The notes under the pieces: model-generated
The model's input: only the letters and a program-made list of their open reading frames with translations
What the model was told of the DNA's origin: nothing
Database searches by the model: none
Sequence record: PZ154896.1
Length of the DNA stretch: 64,000 nucleotides
Reading direction: 5' to 3' (one strand)
Source of the DNA: a phage
Part shown: one piece after another, positions 19,500 through 27,266 of the stretch
Layout: every line of letters begins with the position of its first letter
Numbering within the stretch: the stretch's first letter is position 1
Program-made: the position numbers and the translations under genes

Positions 19500-19718
19500 T
19501 TATTTGAGACGAGATTTTTTGGTAAGAGGTTGAAAGAACACTGCTTTACCGGCTGGGGTTAAGGTGACTCGTAATGCATTACCGATTCCTAAGGATGCTT
19601 TAACTAAACCTTTAGCTTTCAGTTCACCGAATGCTTGACGTTGGTCTGCATCACGAGTGTTAACCATAAGACCTTTATCACCTGCTTCACGAATCATTTC
19701 TAACATTTTGGTTTTCAT
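19500..19718 (-). CDS. hypothetical small protein
   Basis: start set at MKTKMLEMIRE downstream of promoter cassette. Confidence 0.4.
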   Translation of the reverse strand: MKTKMLEMIREAGDKGLMVNTRDADQRQAFGELKAKGLVKASLGIGNALRVTLTPAGKAVFFQPLTKKSRLK

Positions 19719-19738
19719 TTTGTTCTCCTCTTGTTTTG

Positions 19739-19775
19739 ATAGGTCTATAATAACATATCCTAAAAGCATGTACAC
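19739..19775 (-). promoter_or_regulatory. promoter cassette (early or MotA-type)
   Basis: rc: TGCTTTTA/GTACAT followed by TTATTATAGACCTATC. Confidence 0.45.
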
Positions 19776-19805
19776 TACTTTTTAAAAATATTTTAACCCC
19801 CTAAA

Positions 19806-19821
19806 GGGACCCGAAGGTCCC
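19806..19821 (-). other. UUCG-tetraloop hairpin just 3' of a stop codon
   Basis: GGGACC-UUCG-GGUCCC on minus strand, 5 nt after stop of 19827-20108; no U tract. Confidence 0.45.
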
Positions 19822-19826
19822 CACAT

Positions 19827-20108
19827 TTACTTATCGCACTTAGCAACATAATTAGGCATATCACAGAATACGGAGCGAGTAACTACTCGGCCCTTTGACC
19901 ATGCTTCAGTTGCTTGTCCGGCTGTGCTATTAATATAGCTTGATCTAATGTTCTCAATACCCTGAGAATGTGATGCGTTTACCGAACCATTAGAAGACCC
20001 AGAAGTCTGGTTACCACCAGCTCCTGTACTACCGCTGGCTGCACCCGTGGTAGCACCAACAGAGAATGCCATCATTACTGCGAATAAACCAATTACTAAT
20101 TTTTTCAT
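19827..20108 (-). CDS. small secreted Gly/Ser-rich protein
   Basis: 93 aa; N-terminal signal-peptide-like segment; two C-terminal Cys. Confidence 0.5.
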   Translation of the reverse strand: MKKLVIGLFAVMMAFSVGATTGAASGSTGAGGNQTSGSSNGSVNASHSQGIENIRSSYINSTAGQATEAWSKGRVVTRSVFCDMPNYVAKCDK

Positions 20109-20139
20109 ATTTACCTCAAGTTAATGGTTATTTATCTAC

Positions 20140-21129
20140 TTATTTATAGTAAGAATTATGATTTTCGAGATAGACTTGTTCAAGGAAGTCATCCCAGAAA
20201 CTCATATCTACTTTTTGTTGCATACCGTTCTTGGCAGCTTGTTCTGACGCATGTTCAACTTGGTCAACGATATCTTCTAGGAATTCTTGTACAGTTTTAA
20301 ACGTATGTTTACCAAGCTTAACATCGAGAATAAATGGAGCATCCTGAAGTGGGTAAACCAGGTCGCCTGTTTTGTAAATTTCCAATAATTGAAGTCCACC
20401 ACGACATGCATGACTCAATGCTTTCCAGTCAATACCTTCGTTAGCTTCTGCCTTACGAGCACGTTCACCATAGTTCTCTTCTAGTTTAACCAGGATGGCA
20501 TTGAACTCTTTATTGGTTAATGTGTCTTGGAATTTACGGTCCAACAGATTATAGAATGTTTGCTTACCTGTTTTCTCGTTTTCGGTTTCAACCCATGAAG
20601 CAAATTCACCTACAGGCAGAACATTCTTCATATGGGATAAACGAATTACTGCACCATTATCAAAGTATTGTCCCCATTCATTAGAACGTTTAAGGGCTTG
20701 ACGAAGAACAGCCAGTCGAGAACCCTTGACACCGTATTTAGAAGCTTGCTTACGGACATACCCTAAATAAGATTTCATGTTAGTGGTATAGAAACGAGAC
20801 CTGTTATCTTGAATATACTTCCATACATCAGGCAAATCAGATTTAACTACTAAACTTGGTGGAGTGTGAAGCATATCTAATGCGACGGTTTCACCATCCG
20901 CAGCTAGTTTAAAGAAATATTTGAGACTATACAACTCATGGTCCACGTCGTCTTTTGTGTTCTTAGAAGATGTGTTATTCGTGTTTTTGCTCATATGTTC
21001 TTTAACGTTACCGGTCAAAATATCACGAGCATGAGGGACATAAATTTCTTTAAAATCAACGTCAGATTCAGGAGTAGACGTTCCATAAAGGTGGCTACCA
21101 AAGTAAGCCTTAACAATCGTTTTCATCAT
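20140..21129 (-). CDS. Pol-beta-superfamily nucleotidyltransferase-fold protein
   Basis: 329 aa; N-terminal GSHLYGTSTPESDVDF matches GS-x(9-13)-DxD NTase motif. Confidence 0.5.
   Translation of the reverse strand: MMKTIVKAYFGSHLYGTSTPESDVDFKEIYVPHARDILTGNVKEHMSKNTNNTSSKNTKDDVDHELYSLKYFFKLAADGETVALDMLHTPPSLVVKSDLPDVWKYIQDNRSRFYTTNMKSYLGYVRKQASKYGVKGSRLAVLRQALKRSNEWGQYFDNGAVIRLSHMKNVLPVGEFASWVETENEKTGKQTFYNLLDRKFQDTLTNKEFNAILVKLEENYGERARKAEANEGIDWKALSHACRGGLQLLEIYKTGDLVYPLQDAPFILDVKLGKHTFKTVQEFLEDIVDQVEHASEQAAKNGMQQKVDMSFWDDFLEQVYLENHNSYYK
20141..20148 (-). promoter_or_regulatory. late promoter (TATAAATA)
   Basis: exact T4 late promoter octamer on minus strand, about 35 nt upstream of the 19827-20108 start. 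Confidence 0.5.
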
Positions 21130-21141
21130 TTAGCCTTATAT

Positions 21142-21600
21142 TCAAGAGTAGGACAGATTTTTTTCTTTACGAGCTTTAAGGTATTCACCTATTAATGATT
21201 TCTTACGTTCAATAGGCTCAAGTCCATTTTTAATTCGTTCTTGGTTTTGCGCAATGAGCTCAATTTCTTTATAATATTTTCTGTCGTTATATTTGTCTAA
21301 CAACCAAGACGGACCAATTACCAACCCGGTAGCAATAAAAGCCATGACTGCTACCATTAAAATGCCTACACCAATTGAGGCCGGAACTAATGTCCATAGA
21401 CTGCTAAAAACAAAGAATCTAGTTAAAATTTCCTGGCCAATGATTACGACTGCTGCTAAAATCGCAAATCCAATAATTGAAACAGACAATACTGGGATTA
21501 ACGTTTTCCAAAAATAAGCACACAACGTTTTCGGGCGATTCCATGTACTATTGAACGCGGCATAAATTTTAAAGTGCCAAGAGTTTTCATTGATAATCAT
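21142..21600 (-). CDS. membrane protein
   Basis: 152 aa with several hydrophobic segments. Confidence 0.45.
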   Translation of the reverse strand: MIINENSWHFKIYAAFNSTWNRPKTLCAYFWKTLIPVLSVSIIGFAILAAVVIIGQEILTRFFVFSSLWTLVPASIGVGILMVAVMAFIATGLVIGPSWLLDKYNDRKYYKEIELIAQNQERIKNGLEPIERKKSLIGEYLKARKEKNLSYS

Positions 21601-21609
21601 AATAATTCC

Positions 21610-22152
21610 TTATTTCAAAGTCGGGATAATAGAATCAAGATAAGCTTTAAGAGCAACTGCTTCATCTTTGTCTAATGTAACGATATGTTGACGAAGGTCA
21701 TCAATTTGACGAATAACTACGACATCACCATCTTCATAAGAAGGATTAACGCCTAGGACTGTTGTATAGTCAGGGCGGTCCTGACTTGTAATAAAAGCAT
21801 TACGGCATTTAGCCCATTGAAGTTTGGCCTTTTTGGCTGTTTCAGATTCCATGAATTCTTTCACTTTAGCGACGAATGTTTTCCAATTATTAATAGAAAA
21901 ACATTCGTCTTCAGTTTCGATATTAACCCCACTATAAAGTCCATGATAAAAACGAACTTGAAGGTCTTCACCAATGTTAATTACAGATGCATGTCCTGGT
22001 GGATTGAGTTTCAAAATCTTGTCCAGTTCCATAGGAAGAATAGTAGCAGCATCATCTTCTTGTGTCAGAACATACACATAACCACGTTTTTCGATACATA
22101 AATCACCAAACAACTCGGTTGTTTCAATTACAGTTTTCATATTATTCACCAA
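21610..22152 (-). CDS. hypothetical protein
   Basis: 180-aa ORF. Confidence 0.5.
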   Translation of the reverse strand: MVNNMKTVIETTELFGDLCIEKRGYVYVLTQEDDAATILPMELDKILKLNPPGHASVINIGEDLQVRFYHGLYSGVNIETEDECFSINNWKTFVAKVKEFMESETAKKAKLQWAKCRNAFITSQDRPDYTTVLGVNPSYEDGDVVVIRQIDDLRQHIVTLDKDEAVALKAYLDSIIPTLK

Positions 22153-22317
22153 TTAAAGTTTCAACAAAATTCACCAAAGCATTCTGGCAAGCATCAACCT
22201 GATTTTCATAAAAGTCTTCGTTATCATTTACCGCATGATAAGCTACATCATTCAAATCTGAATCGGCTTCACGTAAGTCACGGATAAGGTCCATCAATTT
22301 ATTAGCTTGTTCACGGG
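22142..22317 (-). CDS. small acidic protein (58 aa), below ORF-track cutoff
   Basis: hand-translated MTREQANKLMDLIRDLREAD...; start overlaps stop of an upstream 40-aa ORF (ATGA). Confidence 0.25.
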
Positions 22318-22448
22318 TCATTTTACCATACTCGTTTCAATAAGATTCACTATGCCGTTTACCATGTTATAAGTAAACATCGGATAATTGTATTGTACTA
22401 CAACATAAGCGATAAGCAAAAGTTTCATTTTGTTCTCCATTTGTTTTG

Positions 22449-22486
22449 GTAGGATTACTATATCATAGTCCTACCAAGACGTAAAC
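22449..22486 (-). promoter_or_regulatory. PeSL-like early promoter cassette
   Basis: rc: GTTTAC, inverted repeat GGTAGGACTA/TAATCCTACC around TGATATAG. Confidence 0.55.
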
Positions 22487-22719
22487 TACCGATTGTGTTT
22501 TAAATGTTGATAAAGTTCTTCAACTTGTTTAGGGTCCAAAACAATTAAGTCATTTTCTTGGCGAAGATAAATCAATCCCTTATCCCCAGGGCCATTTTTA
22601 CAAAACATCGCCACCATATCATCGTCTTCAGCGCTTTCAGGTAAAAGTTCAAGTACACCGTCTTCAGATTTTCCAGTATAATCGTAAAGCATAATGTCCT
22701 CACATAATCTCGTTAACAT
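22486..22719 (-). CDS. hypothetical acidic protein
   Basis: 77-aa ORF. Confidence 0.45.
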   Translation of the reverse strand: MLTRLCEDIMLYDYTGKSEDGVLELLPESAEDDDMVAMFCKNGPGDKGLIYLRQENDLIVLDPKQVEELYQHLKHNR

Positions 22720-22879
22720 ACATTTGCAATTCGGTGTGGGCGTCGGCCATCTTTTTCATAGCTCTGTTAATGTCGATGTCTCCATCTTCGCAACCATGAG
22801 CATTTTCCCAATCAGATACCGCATTAGCGTACTCTTCAATCAAAAACATCAACTTAGAAATCTTTTCTTTACGTGTCAT
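22700..22879 (-). CDS. hypothetical protein (rI.-1 position)
   Basis: start set at MTRKEK with GGAGAA SD; the track's TTG-initiated extension lies inside promoter/terminator. Confidence 0.4.
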   Translation of the reverse strand: MTRKEKISKLMFLIEEYANAVSDWENAHGCEDGDIDINRAMKKMADAHTELQMYVNEIM

Positions 22880-22884
22880 AACGT

Positions 22885-22935
22885 TCTCCTCTAGTAAGTA
22901 AGGACTACTATAACACAACCTGAGGAGAAGTAAAC
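22885..22935 (-). promoter_or_regulatory. PeSL-like early promoter cassette
   Basis: rc: GTTTAC, CTCCTC/GAGGAG inverted repeat whose 3' arm is the SD of the next gene. Confidence 0.5.
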
Positions 22936-22945
22936 TGATAGATGC

Positions 22946-22975
22946 CAAAAAGCCCCAACCGTAAGGAAGGGGCTA
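22946..22975 (-). terminator. rho-independent terminator after rI
   Basis: AGCCCCUUCC-loop-GGUUGGGGCU followed by U5; stem identical to the terminator at 39505-39535. Confidence 0.65.
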
Positions 22976-22980
22976 GTAAA

Positions 22981-23283
22981 TTAGATAGATGTAGGCTCTA
23001 ATTTTATTTTCATGAACTCGGCAAATTGTCTGGCAGTTTTTATGCCTTGTTCATGACATTCAAATGCATCATCACAGGGGCTATTTTTGTAATGCTTTAC
23101 CATATACTTATAGAATTTTTCAGAATTCTCGACATTTTGAATTTCAAACAAAGTATATACGTTTTTAATCCCTGATTCCATAAAGTTATCAAAATATGGG
23201 TCGGTGTACGCAGTACCAACGATAGGAGTTGTTGCTGCAAAAAACCCCAGCATCGCCATGACAGCTATCGCTCTTAAGGCCAT
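22981..23283 (-). CDS. rI: lysis-inhibition regulator rI (antiholin-binding periplasmic protein)
   Basis: 100 aa; signal-anchor N-terminus; recalled T4 rI motifs DPxFDxFMESGI and KNxPC. Confidence 0.85.
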   Translation of the reverse strand: MALRAIAVMAMLGFFAATTPIVGTAYTDPYFDNFMESGIKNVYTLFEIQNVENSEKFYKYMVKHYKNSPCDDAFECHEQGIKTARQFAEFMKIKLEPTSI

Positions 23284-23295
23284 ATAGGCCTCCTG

Positions 23296-23508
23296 TTAAT
23301 TTTGGCCAGTATTTATTTTTCGCCTTTGGACGGCCTTAACATCTGTGAGGTATTTTTCCAGCTTGCGCTTGCGTGTATAATCAGCTTTAGAACCAGTTTG
23401 ACGGATATCCTCGTTTAAATGAGAAATAGAATGTCCTAATTCTCTTCGGATTTCATCCAATTGGGTTACAGTAAGATTACGAAGTTGTCTTTCGTTTAAT
23501 TGCTGCAT
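23296..23508 (-). CDS. hypothetical protein (rI.1 position)
   Basis: 70-aa ORF. Confidence 0.45.
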   Translation of the reverse strand: MQQLNERQLRNLTVTQLDEIRRELGHSISHLNEDIRQTGSKADYTRKRKLEKYLTDVKAVQRRKINTGQN

Positions 23509-23533
23509 ATATACCTCTTGGTTAGATATTAGT

Positions 23534-23541
23534 ATTTATAA
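23534..23541 (-). promoter_or_regulatory. late promoter (TATAAATA)
   Basis: exact octamer on minus strand inside tk 3' end, upstream of rI.1/rI. Confidence 0.45.
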
Positions 23542-24117
23542 CAACCCTGTCAAATCGTTCCAATGCTTCCGGCATAATGACACATATCTATCGGTGTCAC
23601 CAATTTCAATTTGACTGCCATCTGTAATTGGAAGTCCGTCTTCCGTGACTCTAGCTACCATTGTGGCTTTTTTACCACAATGACAGACACCTTTAAGTTC
23701 AACAAGCTTATCGGCAATAGCCATTAATGCTTGAGAACCTTCAAATAGATTACCTTTAAAATCTGTTCGTAGTCCATATGCCATTACCGGCACATTGTAT
23801 ACGTCAACAATACGACTAAGTTGATACACCTTTTCAGTAGTTAAGAACTGAGCTTCGTCAACAAATACACAATGAATATCCTTTTGTGCTGCAGCCCATT
23901 TATAGAATTCAAAGATATCCATGTCTTTTGTAATTATATTGGCGTCCTGACGAATACCAATACGAGAGACTATTTCACCTTTTGAATCGCGAGTATCAAT
24001 AGCCGGTTTAAGAACTAATACACCCATGCCACGTTCTTTATAGTTATGGGCGGCAGTCAAAAGAGAAGCAGATTTTCCAGCATTCATTGCTGCATAAGTA
24101 AAAATTAAACTCGCCAT
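23536..24117 (-). CDS. tk: thymidine kinase
   Basis: 193 aa; P-loop AAMNAGKS; C-terminal zinc-binding Cys pairs; size identical to T4 Tk. Confidence 0.9.
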   Translation of the reverse strand: MASLIFTYAAMNAGKSASLLTAAHNYKERGMGVLVLKPAIDTRDSKGEIVSRIGIRQDANIITKDMDIFEFYKWAAAQKDIHCVFVDEAQFLTTEKVYQLSRIVDVYNVPVMAYGLRTDFKGNLFEGSQALMAIADKLVELKGVCHCGKKATMVARVTEDGLPITDGSQIEIGDTDRYVSLCRKHWNDLTGLL

Positions 24118-24118
24118 C

Positions 24119-24307
24119 TTAGTCCTTAGTTAAATTTTCTAAATATGTTTCTAAATCATTTTCAGCTTTATCGATAGATTTTACTAATTCGTAGTATGTT
24201 TCAGCATCTCCATAATCCGAAGCCAATTCAAAAGATAAATCTCGTTCTAAACTAATAATTTCGCTGATTAAAAATCGTATTTCATTCTTTTGTTCGCGAG
24301 TAATCAT
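24119..24307 (-). CDS. hypothetical small acidic protein (tk.x)
   Basis: 62-aa ORF. Confidence 0.4.
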   Translation of the reverse strand: MITREQKNEIRFLISEIISLERDLSFELASDYGDAETYYELVKSIDKAENDLETYLENLTKD

Positions 24308-24510
24308 AAGGAATTTATATAATCAATAAGTTCTTGTTCTTTATCGTCGAAATCTTTACACAGTTCTTCGTATTCGTCGGTATTAAAAGGACCGCATTCA
24401 TCGCAAACTTTTTCCAATTCACTATTTTTATCCATAACTTCGTGAATAAGAGAAAACAGTCTGTCTTTTTGTTCTTTACTTAAACTCATAACCATGTCAC
24501 CTTTAAGCAA
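24304..24510 (-). CDS. hypothetical small acidic protein (tk.x)
   Basis: 68-aa ORF. Confidence 0.4.
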   Translation of the reverse strand: MLKGDMVMSLSKEQKDRLFSLIHEVMDKNSELEKVCDECGPFNTDEYEELCKDFDDKEQELIDYINSL

Positions 24511-24698
24511 TATTCTTCTACATGTTGTTTACGGCCTTTCTTATCGATAAAAGTATATTCAACGAATGTTCCGATGTAGTCTTTATCTACATCATGTGGA
24601 CTATTAATTGGGCATTTGGTACGACAAATGCGTTCCCATTGACGAATAATTACTGCCTTATTCTTTGGGTCATATGGATGTGGATAATGTATATTCAT
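24486..24698 (-). CDS. hypothetical small protein (tk.x)
   Basis: ORF trimmed to MNIHYPHP. Confidence 0.35.
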   Translation of the reverse strand: MNIHYPHPYDPKNKAVIIRQWERICRTKCPINSPHDVDKDYIGTFVEYTFIDKKGRKQHVEEYCLKVTWL

Positions 24699-25192
24699 AA
24701 TAATGGTTCCCAATCAACAATCACAATTTCTAGTTTAGTGGAATACGTATCTAAAATCTCTTCGATGATATCCCAGTTTCCGCCACCGATACCTGCACCA
24801 ATTCTTGGCATATAAATTACAGGCTTTGTTATCTTATTCTTTCCGAATTCATTTAATTCTATTATACAATTCATTAAAGCATAGTACTCAAAATTAGGTC
24901 CCGGCTCAAACTGCGTATAAAGATTAAAGCAATAAGCTTTATGGGTCTTAAAATATTTTTCATAAACCGAATAAGTCCCGAGTTTAGACTCGTCTCCGAA
25001 TTCGGTTTGAAGTTTATCGGCTTCTAAAATTTTTGGATAAGCCTTTGCTAATTGTCCTGCCACACCGGCGCCCATTGTATGAAAACAATTACACCCGTGA
25101 GCAATATTATTACCTTTAGAAAACAGGGCGACAATATCGCCCTTGATATAGTTTTTAATCACTTGCTGCAAGTCCTCTAGTATAAGAGTCAA
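24695..25192 (-). CDS. macro-domain (ADP-ribose binding/processing) protein
   Basis: 165 aa; glycine-rich macro-like motifs HGCNCFHTMGAGVAGQL and PRIGAGIGGG. Confidence 0.55.
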   Translation of the reverse strand: MTLILEDLQQVIKNYIKGDIVALFSKGNNIAHGCNCFHTMGAGVAGQLAKAYPKILEADKLQTEFGDESKLGTYSVYEKYFKTHKAYCFNLYTQFEPGPNFEYYALMNCIIELNEFGKNKITKPVIYMPRIGAGIGGGNWDIIEEILDTYSTKLEIVIVDWEPLL

Positions 25193-25502
25193 CTAGACGG
25201 TCCACCATAGAATTGCATGCTGCCTTATCTTTAGGTTCCGCCACCGAGCATTCTAATATTTGCCATTTTTTATAGTATCTTTTAATTAAGGTAGACGCCT
25301 TGAACCTACTAGACGCCCCATCTTTTTCTCCGTCTTTATACGCATATAACAATTTTTGTGAAAAATCTACTTTACACTCTTGACTTTTACCACAATAATC
25401 AGACGCCGTTCTGTTTGTATACTCCGTTACATCAGTATATGTAGTATTAGCAAGAGCGCTAAATGAAACCAAGCCAACTATTAAAGCCAACATTTTGGTC
25501 AT
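25155..25502 (-). CDS. small periplasmic Cys-containing protein (vs position)
   Basis: 115 aa; signal peptide ending ...SALA; four Cys. Confidence 0.45.
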   Translation of the reverse strand: MTKMLALIVGLVSFSALANTTYTDVTEYTNRTASDYCGKSQECKVDFSQKLLYAYKDGEKDGASSRFKASTLIKRYYKKWQILECSVAEPKDKAACNSMVDRLVDSYTRGLAASD

Positions 25503-26041
25503 TCTTTTATTTCCAGTAGTTTATTTGATTTAAGGTAATTAGCCTTTTCTAGGACTTCAGAAGCATATTTACTTCCAGCACTTGTCTTCCATCCCGCATT
25601 ATATGAGGATATAGCTTTTCTTATATCCCCGTTATGTATATTTAACCAATAAGAAAATTCGATATAAGCCCATCTGGCTGAATTAGACCGCTTAGATAGC
25701 ATTTTCTTAATTTGGGCATCAGTCATATTATAACCAAGCTGGTTAATTCTTGCCCTCATTGTTGGTAGATAATTTTGGAACATTCCATACGCATGGTGAC
25801 CTTTCTTATTTTTAAGATTAATACCGGCAGATGATTCCTGCCATAGTATTGCGGCCATTATGTATCCAAGTCCTTTCTTATGCATATTTTCATGCGTTTT
25901 AAATTTTCCATCCTTAGAAAACTGTTCCCCAAACTGATAAGCATAATTCAAGTTATCGAGTTGGACATTACTAAAAGTATGCTCGGAGCTATGTGCTGAT
26001 AACGAAAGAGCAAATAGACCAGCGAGTAGTGCTTTTCTCAT
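25499..26041 (-). CDS. periplasmic lytic-transglycosylase-like protein (vs.1-like)
   Basis: 180 aa; signal peptide; ES...GMFQ and YNAG motifs typical of the SLT/lysozyme-like fold. Confidence 0.55.
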   Translation of the reverse strand: MRKALLAGLFALSLSAHSSEHTFSNVQLDNLNYAYQFGEQFSKDGKFKTHENMHKKGLGYIMAAILWQESSAGINLKNKKGHHAYGMFQNYLPTMRARINQLGYNMTDAQIKKMLSKRSNSARWAYIEFSYWLNIHNGDIRKAISSYNAGWKTSAGSKYASEVLEKANYLKSNKLLEIKE

Positions 26042-26049
26042 GTTTACCT

Positions 26050-26508
26050 CTAGATTTTAATCACTGCTTTAGAAGCTTTTCCTGGTAGTCGTTTACTGTT
26101 AATAATAGCCATTCTGCATTGAAGAGTCTTCATTTTGAATGCTGGATTTTCGCGACAAACTGTAAGTCCTAACCAAAGATTTCCATCAGTTATTTCTAAA
26201 CGGCCTGGGCGATATTCGACACCTTCGACAAAATCTTCATCAACATCCGGACGTGCCGGCATTGATAAAAATTCTGCAACTTCTTTAACATGATTTTTTA
26301 CTTTACGAAATAATTCAAAAACGTAGTTCTCATCTATTTCTCTCTGGATGGCACGATCTAAGAGATGTTGAGAATACTTGATATGAAAGCCTGGTAGCCC
26401 AAGAGACTTTGCAGCATCTTTTACACCGGCATTTATTTTGCGGAACTCCGTTTCAAAGATTCGACGGAGTTTATTACGGCGGATAAAAACGTCAGAATTG
26501 ATAGTCAT
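26050..26508 (-). CDS. regB: endoribonuclease RegB
   Basis: 152 aa; near-colinear by recall with T4 RegB (MTIN...FIRRNKLRR...EYRPGRLEITDGNLWLG...). Confidence 0.9.
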   Translation of the reverse strand: MTINSDVFIRRNKLRRIFETEFRKINAGVKDAAKSLGLPGFHIKYSQHLLDRAIQREIDENYVFELFRKVKNHVKEVAEFLSMPARPDVDEDFVEGVEYRPGRLEITDGNLWLGLTVCRENPAFKMKTLQCRMAIINSKRLPGKASKAVIKI

Positions 26509-26520
26509 TTTTGATTTCTC

Positions 26521-26566
26521 CTCTAGTTGACAGGTCTATAGTAACACATCTAGAGGAGAAGTAAAC
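26521..26566 (-). promoter_or_regulatory. PeSL-like early promoter cassette upstream of regB
   Basis: rc: GTTGTTTAC, CTCTAG/CTAGAG inverted repeat around TACTATAG. Confidence 0.55.
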
Positions 26567-26570
26567 AACT

Positions 26571-26786
26571 TTATTGATAAAATGGAGTTAAAGCCCAAGA
26601 TTCTTTAGATACCATATCGGCGAAATGCCTCATCTCTTCGATTTGGCGACGACGTTGGTCAGCATAGTCTTCTTCGCCTTCTTCCTTACAATCTTCAAGG
26701 TCTTCTTCAAGATACTTTAAGTATTCACTACAAATTTTGTTGACCTTTTCTTGAAAGTCCAATAACCCAGTAATAGTAGAAGCCAT
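26571..26786 (-). CDS. hypothetical acidic protein (vs.3 position)
   Basis: 71-aa ORF. Confidence 0.45.
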   Translation of the reverse strand: MASTITGLLDFQEKVNKICSEYLKYLEEDLEDCKEEGEEDYADQRRRQIEEMRHFADMVSKESWALTPFYQ

Positions 26787-27052
26787 TAGTATTTTTCCTC
26801 AGGTCGAAATACTGCACGACATGCCCACATGCTGGCTTCTTTTAGATGTTGCTTAGCATACTTAAGAGCCTGCACTGCATCCATATCTTCTTTGGTTTGT
26901 TGCTCTGATTCATTTTCTTTCAAGATATATGCTTCTTCAATCAGAGCATCAAACATCAATCCAAGACGGACTTCTGCATCTTTAATAGCGTTCACTTTAC
27001 TGATTTTATCATCGGTATGCGGCTTGTAGCCTTTGATGTCTTCAATCGACAT
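26786..27052 (-). CDS. small protein at vs.4 position (candidate Acb2-like cyclic-nucleotide sponge)
   Basis: 88 aa from MSIEDIKGYK; assignment by synteny (regB, vs.3, vs.4) only. Confidence 0.35.
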   Translation of the reverse strand: MSIEDIKGYKPHTDDKISKVNAIKDAEVRLGLMFDALIEEAYILKENESEQQTKEDMDAVQALKYAKQHLKEASMWACRAVFRPEEKY

Positions 27053-27266
27053 AAGGAATTTCCTCATCGGTGGCAAGGTCATATTCGACCAATTGGATAG
27101 GCTCATTAATATCATATCCGCGTACAGTGATATCGGTTGACGGATATTTTCCAGTAATATCACCCGTTCTAAATGCTTCAATGAATGATTGCTCGCCTGA
27201 GCAACCAAACCAGGCGGCAAAACATTTTAAAACATCTTCAGACCCTTCTATAATCAATTTAGCCAT
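27042..27266 (-). CDS. hypothetical acidic protein (vs.5 position)
   Basis: 74-aa ORF. Confidence 0.45.
   Translation of the reverse strand: MAKLIIEGSEDVLKCFAAWFGCSGEQSFIEAFRTGDITGKYPSTDITVRGYDINEPIQLVEYDLATDEEIPYVD

Noticed and set aside
22700-22948. 82-aa ORF with alternative (TTG) start upstream of the rI.-1-position gene
   Set aside because: The N-terminal extension runs through the promoter cassette and terminator; the ATG at 22879 with a GGAGAA SD is the likely start.
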